DNA of 59,541 bases from positions 1 to 59,541 of the forward strand of contig JASFBB010000034.1 of assembly GCA_036172345.1 (NCBI GenBank), in the 5' to 3' direction. Under the pieces are notes generated by a model. It worked only from the letters and a program-made list of their open reading frames with translations, made no database searches and was not told the origin of the DNA. Below, piece after piece: positions 18,946 through 26,125 of this stretch. The DNA is from Anaerolineae bacterium (lineage in GTDB: Bacteria; Chloroflexota; Anaerolineae; 4572-78; NAK82). Numbering within the stretch: the first letter of the stretch is position 1; each line of letters begins with the position of its first letter. Position numbers and translations under genes: made by a program.

Positions 18946-20501
18946 GCACCCCGTTGCATCAAGTCGCTCTGCGCCTACACCCAGACGACGAAATAGTGAT
19001 CGCGCGGACGACCTTGAAAGAGGGCACTGTCCTGCTGCTGGACGACGAAGACGAAGCCGCGATGATCCTTGTAGTGCGCCAGACGGTGCCAGCAGGACAT
19101 AAGCTGGCGGTGCGACATATTGCTCCCGGTGCCGAGGTGCATCGCTATGGCCAGATCATAGGGTTCGCCACCCGAGAAATCCGGCCCGGTGACCATGTGC
19201 ACACTCATAACCTGGACTCGTGTGCCTTCCCTCGCCCAGTCGCTGAAATTTTCCCCCAGCCTGTACGGCCGATCCTTGTAGAACAAAGGGATACTTTCTT
19301 GGGATATCCGCGTCGTTGGGGCGGGGTGGGCACGCGCAACTATCTGGCAGTCATCCCCTCTGTGAACTGCGCGGCGGATGTAGCTGTCGCCATCGCGCGC
19401 CATTTCACGCCGGAACGTATGGCGGCGTGGCCGCACGTGGACGGTGTGATCCCTTTTGTCCATCAATCCGGTTGCACGTTGCGTATTGGCAGCCCTAACT
19501 ATCGATTGTTGCAGCGTACGCTAGCCGGCATCATCTGCCATCCCAACGTCGGCGGGGTGTTCCTGGTGGGATTGGGCTGCGAGTGCAATCAGATCGCCGC
19601 TCTGTTGGAGAACCATCATTTGATGCAAGACCCCGATGCATCAGAGCGCATCTGCAGCGTAATCATCCAGGAAAGCGGCGGTAGTAGCAACGCCATTCAG
19701 CGGGGTATTGCTTTAGTAGAAAAGATGTTATCCTATGTGGAGGTTGCACGGCGCATTCCACAACCCTTGTCTGAGCTCAAGATCGCACTGCAATGTGGCG
19801 GCAGTGACAGTTGGTCGGGTGTGACCGCCAACCCGCTATTGGGCTTGGTGGCGGATGAGGTAGTGCGGCAAGGCGGCACAGTGGTGTTGTCGGAGACGCC
19901 GGAGATTTATGGTGCCGAGCACCTGCTGGCAGGACGGGCAGTCAGCACGGCCGTGCGCGATCGATTGTTGGCAAAAGTGCGCTGGTGGGAGGACCATGCT
20001 CGTCAGTTCGAAATGGAGCTGGACAATAACCCCACGCCGGGGAACAAGGCTGGCGGTATTACCACCATTTATGAAAAGTCACTGGGCGCGGTTGCCAAAG
20101 GGGGCAATACACCTCTAATGGCTGTCTACGAGTATGCCGAGCCGATCACAGCGCGCGGGCTGGTTTTCATGGATACTCCTGGCTACGATCCGGTGGCCAT
20201 CACCGGCCAGATCGCTGGAGGCTGTAACATAGTGCTCTTTAGCACAGGGCGTGGTTCGGGACTGGGCAGCCGCTTGGCACCGGTGATTAAGGTGTGTTCT
20301 AACTCGGCTACCTATCGCGCGATGTCAGCCGATATCGACTTCAATGCAGGTGCTATTTTGGAAAGCACCGAGATGACGAAAGCGGCACGAGATCTTTTAG
20401 CGTTGCTCATCCGTATCGCCTCTGGAGAGCCGTCAAAAAGCGAGCAGCAGGGCCTTGGGGAAACTTCTTTCATCCCATGGAGCTTGGGCGGGACATTATA
20501 G
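18942..20501 (+). CDS. UxaA/GarD-family sugar-acid dehydratase (altronate/galactarate dehydratase-like)
   Basis: 519 aa with an N-terminal SAF-like domain ('LHPDDEIVIARTTLKEGT') and a UxaA C-domain. The GTG start overlaps the SDR stop (GTGA). Confidence 0.82.
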   Translation: MSTPLHQVALRLHPDDEIVIARTTLKEGTVLLLDDEDEAAMILVVRQTVPAGHKLAVRHIAPGAEVHRYGQIIGFATREIRPGDHVHTHNLDSCAFPRPVAEIFPQPVRPILVEQRDTFLGYPRRWGGVGTRNYLAVIPSVNCAADVAVAIARHFTPERMAAWPHVDGVIPFVHQSGCTLRIGSPNYRLLQRTLAGIICHPNVGGVFLVGLGCECNQIAALLENHHLMQDPDASERICSVIIQESGGSSNAIQRGIALVEKMLSYVEVARRIPQPLSELKIALQCGGSDSWSGVTANPLLGLVADEVVRQGGTVVLSETPEIYGAEHLLAGRAVSTAVRDRLLAKVRWWEDHARQFEMELDNNPTPGNKAGGITTIYEKSLGAVAKGGNTPLMAVYEYAEPITARGLVFMDTPGYDPVAITGQIAGGCNIVLFSTGRGSGLGSRLAPVIKVCSNSATYRAMSADIDFNAGAILESTEMTKAARDLLALLIRIASGEPSKSEQQGLGETSFIPWSLGGTL

Positions 20502-21259
20502 CATCTAGATGGCAACCCTATACAGTTGGCAACGGTGTCGTGGAACAGCGCAACGATGCCATGCTGTTCCGCATCCACGATACCGACACCCGACGTTATA
20601 GCAATGCTCAAATTGACGACTACCGAAGGTTGCCACGCCAGCACCTGCGCTGGCGGCCACCACTGCAGCTGAGAGTGCAGGCACGTTTCTCCCATCCAGC
20701 TGGGATGCTGCGTGGCACTGCTGGCTTCGGCTTCTGGAACGATCCCTTTATGATGAGCGGAGCACGTCGGCCGGCGCTGCCACGCGCCATATGGTTCTTT
20801 TACGCCTCACCTCCCTCAGACATGCAGCTGGCACTCGACGTACCTGGTTGTGGATGGAAGGCGGCCACACTGGATGCGACACGAATGGGAGCATTGGCCC
20901 TCACACCACTTGCACCCTTGGCAGTGTTAGCAATGCGCCTCCACCCTCTCTATCGGCGCCTATGGCCAGCGATTCAACATGCGTTAGGGATACAAGAAGC
21001 TCCGTTGCCAGTGGATATGACCGATTGGCATGTCTACACGCTGGAATGGCTGTCCGGGTGGGCGAACTTTTACGTGGATGGCGAGCTCATTCTGGGCAGA
21101 GCGCCATCCCCACGCGGCCCTTTGGGCTTTGTAATGTGGATTGATAATCAGTACATGATCGTCACGCCGCAGGGTCGTCTGGGTTGGGGGCTGCTGGAGA
21201 CCAACGGCGAACAATGGATGGAAATCAGCCATGGGGAAATTAAAGCGGAATTGCACTAG
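20477..21259 (+). CDS. hypothetical protein, possibly ConA-like lectin/glucanase (GH16-like) fold
   Basis: 'WHVYTLEW...NFYVDGELI...WIDNQYM' resembles the beta-jelly-roll core of the GH16/LamG superfamily. No signal peptide. Start uncertain, since it overlaps the uxaA-like end by 25 nt. Confidence 0.4.
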   Translation: MELGRDIIASRWQPYTVGNGVVEQRNDAMLFRIHDTDTRRYSNAQIDDYRRLPRQHLRWRPPLQLRVQARFSHPAGMLRGTAGFGFWNDPFMMSGARRPALPRAIWFFYASPPSDMQLALDVPGCGWKAATLDATRMGALALTPLAPLAVLAMRLHPLYRRLWPAIQHALGIQEAPLPVDMTDWHVYTLEWLSGWANFYVDGELILGRAPSPRGPLGFVMWIDNQYMIVTPQGRLGWGLLETNGEQWMEISHGEIKAELH

Positions 21260-21437
21260 GATGCGGTGTAGGACATCCCTGTCTCTTTCACGGATTAAGC
21301 GCTCTAGGGTGTCTCAATGCGAACCCTGGTAATATCATCAGGGACGTCTGCTTTGCCTGATTCACAGAGGAGGTTGCTGCCTGCACAGGTTCGGTCGAGT
21401 TCCTCCACCTCTTCCCTATGCCACCCTGTCCAGATTA

Positions 21438-21446
21438 TGATATACT
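21438..21446 (+). promoter_or_regulatory. candidate extended -10 promoter upstream of nurA
   Basis: TGATATACT lies about 54 nt before ATG 21500. There is no good -35. Confidence 0.3.
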
Positions 21447-21499
21447 ACGTTGTAAGTGCTGTGTTTCCGCTTCGTTATGGATCCTATACTTAGAGTCCC

Positions 21500-22711
21500 A
21501 TGTTTGTGCGGAGCCGTGTGATCAACGCCCTTGAGGCAAAGAAAGCGCATTTCTCCCATTATCAGGGGGCTGTGCACGAGCGTGCCATCAGGTTCGATGA
21601 GGCGCTTGTATCCATCGCTTCCCTCACCCAGGCCGAGATCGAAGCACGCCTGGAAGCAACTGGGGTGACACGCCCAGGGGCCTTGCCCACGCATGAGCAA
21701 GATCAGACGCACACTGTCGTGATCCGATTTGACGCTCAATGGAACACCCACGAAGAGGCACGCGCCTGGGCGAAGCACGTCTTGCAAGGCCAGCCCACTT
21801 TTGCCGCGGATGGATCTCAAATCCCTCATTCGCGCGACTTTTCGATCCCTGTGGCGGCCATCCAGATCGGTTGGTTTGAAAATCCCCATTCTCGCTCTCA
21901 GCCATATCTCAAAGATCTTTCCTTCGAAGTGCTGACACCGGATGAGTTGGCGACATATGAGGAGAACGCTGAAACCTCTGATCCCACATTCAGCGGCAGC
22001 ACATTTCCTGGCATCTTGGTCAACCTGCGCCGCTTCCAGGGTGAATGTCAGCGTATGATCACCTATATGTTGGAACGTGCCACTCATGATCCCAAGCCAT
22101 TGTGTTTCTTTGATGGCTCACTAACCCTATCCTTTGCCCGTCACTTGAGTCCTCAACTACGACAAGAGTACCTCAAATCTATCGTGGATATGTTGCGTAC
22201 TTCGCAAACAACCGGTGTGCCCCTTGTAGGCTATGTGGACGGCAGCTACGCGCGTGATCTGATCACGATGCTCTCACTTGTCTCGGGAATGCCTATGCCC
22301 GCCCACCTCAACGATGGGATGTTGCTACAACCCCATATGCGCTGGGGAGATCGCAGTCAAGTATATTGGTGTGCGCGTGATGATGAAGTATTGCCACTTT
22401 ATGAGACGCAGGTAGGTCGAATTGCCTTCGCGTATCTCAAAGCAAGCGCCACAGCTCCGCCAGCACGCGTGGAGCTTCCGGGCTGGTTGTTAGAGGATCA
22501 CACGAAACTGGAACGCATTTTTGATCTGATTCGAGCAGAGTGTGTGGTGGGCAACGGTTATCCCTACGTTCTAGAGACCGCCGATGCAGTGGCGGTAATC
22601 TCAGCAGAGGACCGTCAACGTTTCTATACAGTTTTCCAACAATTTGCAGAGAAGGAAGGTCTAATGCTACGTTACTCGCGCAAGGCGCGCAGTAAGGCGA
22701 TCCGCCGTTGA
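21500..22711 (+). CDS. nurA: NurA-domain 5'-3' nuclease
   Basis: 403 aa with 'TFAADGSQI', 'FFDGSLTLSF', 'GYVDGSYARDL' and 'NGYPYVLETADAVAVISAEDRQRF'. This is the NurA (PF09376-like) motif pattern. Confidence 0.75.
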   Translation: MFVRSRVINALEAKKAHFSHYQGAVHERAIRFDEALVSIASLTQAEIEARLEATGVTRPGALPTHEQDQTHTVVIRFDAQWNTHEEARAWAKHVLQGQPTFAADGSQIPHSRDFSIPVAAIQIGWFENPHSRSQPYLKDLSFEVLTPDELATYEENAETSDPTFSGSTFPGILVNLRRFQGECQRMITYMLERATHDPKPLCFFDGSLTLSFARHLSPQLRQEYLKSIVDMLRTSQTTGVPLVGYVDGSYARDLITMLSLVSGMPMPAHLNDGMLLQPHMRWGDRSQVYWCARDDEVLPLYETQVGRIAFAYLKASATAPPARVELPGWLLEDHTKLERIFDLIRAECVVGNGYPYVLETADAVAVISAEDRQRFYTVFQQFAEKEGLMLRYSRKARSKAIRR

Positions 22712-22748
22712 CCACCATGTTACAAAGAACCGCCCAGGAGCACCGCCT

Positions 22749-23336
22749 ATGCAAATTGGAAAAATCGTGAAATCTAACAGCCATGTGGATTACGTGTGCC
22801 AGATCAACAACCCTGGAGAGTTCAGCACACTTCCACAACCCCAAGACTACGCCTTTGGCACCTTTGTACGCGTTGACCTAGGCGATGGATCGGGCTATTT
22901 GGTCGGTCTCATCTACAGCACTATCCTCATGAACCCTGAGTTTGGCAACTTGGGGCCTCGGCTATCACCTCCAAGCGACTTGGAGATTTTCTCACCGGAC
23001 TACTTGCGCGAACAAGCTACGTTGGTCAGCATTCTGGCCGTCGGACAGGTGATGCGAGATGGGGAGGTTTATCAGGGAGTACCCTTGCTAGCGGCCACAG
23101 TTAACGCGGCGGTGGAAACCATGTCGCCGGATGAGATTCGCCATTTCCACACATCCAGTGGCCGCCTATCTCTGGCATACGTGCCCAGACTGTTGGCGGA
23201 GGGGGACGCCATCACGCCCCACCTGCTGCTTAAAGTGGTAGAGCAGCTGATCGTGCTGTTCCCTGAGCAGAAACGCCAGCTGGCCGTCCTGCGCGGCAAT
23301 CTTGCTTGGAAGGCGGCCGTGACCCCGGCAGGATAG
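22749..23336 (+). CDS. hypothetical protein; possible stand-alone HAS-barrel-like protein
   Basis: 195 aa, with CAGGAG 10 nt before the ATG. The N-terminus 'IGKIVKSNSHVDYVCQI...FGTFVRVDL...YLVGLIYSTILMNPEF' mirrors the barrel pattern at the N-terminus of the adjacent HerA. No Walker motifs. Confidence 0.5.
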   Translation: MQIGKIVKSNSHVDYVCQINNPGEFSTLPQPQDYAFGTFVRVDLGDGSGYLVGLIYSTILMNPEFGNLGPRLSPPSDLEIFSPDYLREQATLVSILAVGQVMRDGEVYQGVPLLAATVNAAVETMSPDEIRHFHTSSGRLSLAYVPRLLAEGDAITPHLLLKVVEQLIVLFPEQKRQLAVLRGNLAWKAAVTPAG

Positions 23337-23421
23337 GGGGCGGCTATTCTTCCTCTCCTGTGTTCTTCAGGTGTAGAAACGCCAAGCTGGAGGCTGAGCC
23401 GGTTAAATAAGAGGGTATCAG

Positions 23422-25086
23422 ATGGACAGACAATGTATTGGCACGACAAAGGGCCCTGGTGAATCAGCTCACGAATACACTTTCATAACACCCGACCCAG
23501 AACGACATATCAAGGCAGGAGAGTTTGTCTATTACGAAATGGAGATAGAGGGTAAACTGCGTCAAATCTTGGGACGCGTCACGCACCGCATCCCTCTACG
23601 TCTCTACCCGGACACCTTTATGGCCGACCCCGGCGTGCCTCCCGCCGAAGTTGCCGCAATGTTAGGCTTCCGTGAACAACACCATGAGCTCTTTGAAGTG
23701 ACCGTAGTGGTGATGGGCTACTACCAGCCAGAGTTGGGCGATTTCGTCAACCCGCGTGTGCCGCCAGAATCCGGCGCTCCTATATATATTGCAGAGGATG
23801 CATTATTGGCACAAGTGCTTTCCAAGAAGCAAACCGGCGAAATAGGTTCTGCGCATATTGGCTGGTTGTTAAGCAGGGATCCTGGCGCTGTGCCTGTCAA
23901 TTTGGATGTGCGCAGCATCACCAGCACCCATCTGGCCATCATTGCCGGTACCGGCGCGGGCAAGAGCTATCTGGCTTCAGTGCTCATTGAGGAGCTGATG
24001 AAACCTTATAATCGGGCTTGCGCCCTGATTGTCGACCCGCACGGCGAGTATAGCACGCTGATGGAGATGATGGGGCACCGTGAATTTTGCACTGAGGATT
24101 ACCAGCCCGAGGTCTACGTTGTCCGTCCTGACCAAATCCGCGTGCGCATTTCTTCACTTGAACTGAGTGACTTTCGCTACTTATTGCCCAATCTCTCGGA
24201 GAAGATGCACTTCCGCTTAGGACAGACCTACTACGCTGTGCGCCGCAAGCACGGTGACAAATGGACACTAGGCGATTTTATGACCACACTGCGCAGCGGA
24301 GACGAGGAGCGTAGTGTTACAGATCCCCAAGCGGATGCTGAACTAGAAGAAGATCCTACGACTGGAGCATTGATATGGCGGGTCAACAGCGTGTTCCAAG
24401 GATCAAGGATCTTCCACGACTTTGAGAATATGTCCTTGGTAGATCTATTCCGGCCAGGGCAGTGCACTGTATTACAACTGAACGAGATTGACCAGCGCGA
24501 GCAGCAGCTGGTGGTAGCAACGTTGCTGCGCCGATTGTGGCGAGCGCGCATGGAAACCGAAAAGGGCCGCTCGAAGGAAGGTCAGGACACTTATCTGCCC
24601 TATCCAGCATTTGTCCTAATCGAAGAGGCGCACAACTACGCTCCGGCAAATGCAGAAGTGGTCACCACAGGTATTCTCAAGACCATTCTTTCTGAGGGGC
24701 GCAAGTTCGGTGTGGCAGTAGGATTGATCAGCCAGCGCCCTGGCAAGCTCGATAGCGATGTGTTATCTCAGTGTATGACGCAATGCATTATGCGCATCGT
24801 CAATCCGGTTGACCAGGCGCGCATCGCCGAGAGTGTCGAATCGGTGGGACGTGACTTGTTGCAAGAGCTGCCAGCTTTGTCCAAGGGACAAGTGATCATC
24901 GCCGGAAGTGCGGTGAACACGCCACTGTTATGTCGTGTGCGCCCGCGTATCACCCGCCACGGCGCCGAAGATCCCGACGCACCGGTACGCTGGCAGCGAT
25001 ACTTCTCACAAACTCAAAGAGACAACCGCGAACGCGAATCCGCATTGCCGTTGGAACCAAGGCGTAGCAGCCGGATGTACAAGTAA
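23422..25086 (+). CDS. herA: HerA-family (FtsK/HerA superfamily, DUF87) hexameric ATPase/helicase
   Basis: 554 aa with a HAS-barrel N-terminus, Walker A 'IIAGTGAGKSYL', Walker B 'FVLIEEAHNYAP', and 'EGRKFGVAVGLISQRP'. Confidence 0.88.
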   Translation: MDRQCIGTTKGPGESAHEYTFITPDPERHIKAGEFVYYEMEIEGKLRQILGRVTHRIPLRLYPDTFMADPGVPPAEVAAMLGFREQHHELFEVTVVVMGYYQPELGDFVNPRVPPESGAPIYIAEDALLAQVLSKKQTGEIGSAHIGWLLSRDPGAVPVNLDVRSITSTHLAIIAGTGAGKSYLASVLIEELMKPYNRACALIVDPHGEYSTLMEMMGHREFCTEDYQPEVYVVRPDQIRVRISSLELSDFRYLLPNLSEKMHFRLGQTYYAVRRKHGDKWTLGDFMTTLRSGDEERSVTDPQADAELEEDPTTGALIWRVNSVFQGSRIFHDFENMSLVDLFRPGQCTVLQLNEIDQREQQLVVATLLRRLWRARMETEKGRSKEGQDTYLPYPAFVLIEEAHNYAPANAEVVTTGILKTILSEGRKFGVAVGLISQRPGKLDSDVLSQCMTQCIMRIVNPVDQARIAESVESVGRDLLQELPALSKGQVIIAGSAVNTPLLCRVRPRITRHGAEDPDAPVRWQRYFSQTQRDNRERESALPLEPRRSSRMYK

Positions 25087-25097
25087 TTATCGACGCC

Positions 25098-25156
25098 TCT
25101 CTCAGCTCATCGCTCGCTTGCGAAAGCGCTTTACCTCCCAACGTACTGAGAGGTTT
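25098..25156 (+). terminator. candidate terminator after herA (nested hairpins)
   Basis: Outer stem TCTCTCAG (25098-25105) pairs with CTGAGAGG (25146-25153), followed by TTT. Inner hairpin is CGCTT-GCGA-AAGCG (25115-25128). Confidence 0.35.
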
Positions 25157-25227
25157 AAGAAGCCCTAGTTTACTCATCCATGATGTACCGAGAAACCAGG
25201 AATTTATCCATAGTGTTGCGAATGATT

Positions 25228-25256
25228 TTGCCTTTGCACACAATCTCGCACATAAT
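25228..25256 (+). promoter_or_regulatory. candidate promoter of the C-N hydrolase gene
   Basis: TTGCCT (25228-25233), 17 nt, CATAAT (25251-25256). AGGAG SD at 25281. Confidence 0.45.
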
Positions 25257-25260
25257 GTAC

Positions 25261-25272
25261 GAACAAACGTTC
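25261..25272 (+). promoter_or_regulatory. second SOS-box-like palindrome (GAAC-N4-GTTC)
   Basis: GAACAAACGTTC (context cGAACAAACGTTCt) starts 5 nt after the -10 hexamer, at about +1. Confidence 0.4.
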
Positions 25273-25292
25273 TAATCAAAAGGAGCGATACG

Positions 25293-26105
25293 ATGCGTCA
25301 AATCACCGTGGCAGTCGTCCAAATGCGGAGTGAACTATGCCAGGTCACCGACAACCTCAGGCGGATGAGCGAGCTTGTGGACACCATCTGTCGCGAACGG
25401 CCAACCGATTTAATTGTATTCCCGGAGCTTGTCACCACCGGTTTTGAGTGTGGCGTTCGCTTCACTGATCTGGCAGAAAAGATACCTGGGCATACGATCA
25501 GCTTGCTTGCTCAGCAAGCGGCTGGGTATGGTACCCATATTGTGTTCGGATTGCCTGTCAAGGAAAGGGTGGAGAGCATTCTTTACAACGCCGCTGTGAT
25601 GATCGGACCGAACGGTGAAGTGATCGGCGACTACCGCAAAGTGCATCTGCGAGGCGAGGAACACATGGCATTCCGCCCCGGATTCCGCTACCCGGTGCTG
25701 GAGACAGCCTTCGGAACGGTGGGCATTATGCTTGGCTGGGATCTTGCCTTCCCTGAGGTAGCGCGTTCATTAGCTCTGGACGGCGCGGAACTCATCTGCC
25801 TGTGTGCTTGCTGGGAACAACCTTTTAGCGAAGAATGGCGCGCTATGGTTCTGACGCGCGCTTTTGAGAATTCCATTTTTGTAGCGGCGGCTAACCGCAT
25901 CGGTCAGGAACCCAGCTACACCTTTGTCGGGCAAAGCATGATCGTAGGGGCACGAGCTGAAACGCTCACCGCGATGGACGATACAGCCGAAGGCTATGCA
26001 ATCACCACGCTCGATCTGGACGAAGTGCGCCGTGTACGCGAAGAATACCAGCTCTTTCAGCTGCGCCATCCCACTACCTATCGTACGCTGGTACGGCGTT
26101 ACTAG
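25293..26105 (+). CDS. carbon-nitrogen hydrolase (nitrilase superfamily) homologue with Gly in place of the nucleophile Cys
   Basis: 270 aa. Glu is present in 'VFPELVTTGF' and Lys in 'YRKVHL'. The expected 'G..IC.D..FPE' motif reads 'GIMLGWDLAFPE' (Gly148, GGC at 25734-25736). Confidence 0.85.
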   Translation: MRQITVAVVQMRSELCQVTDNLRRMSELVDTICRERPTDLIVFPELVTTGFECGVRFTDLAEKIPGHTISLLAQQAAGYGTHIVFGLPVKERVESILYNAAVMIGPNGEVIGDYRKVHLRGEEHMAFRPGFRYPVLETAFGTVGIMLGWDLAFPEVARSLALDGAELICLCACWEQPFSEEWRAMVLTRAFENSIFVAAANRIGQEPSYTFVGQSMIVGARAETLTAMDDTAEGYAITTLDLDEVRRVREEYQLFQLRHPTTYRTLVRRY

Positions 26106-26125
26106 GACGCACCGCGATCGTTCCC

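Noticed and set aside
21416-22087. 223-aa ORF antisense to the 5' half of nurA
   Set aside because: It has no recognisable motifs or RBS. It overlaps a frame with clear NurA signatures and runs through the predicted nurA promoter.
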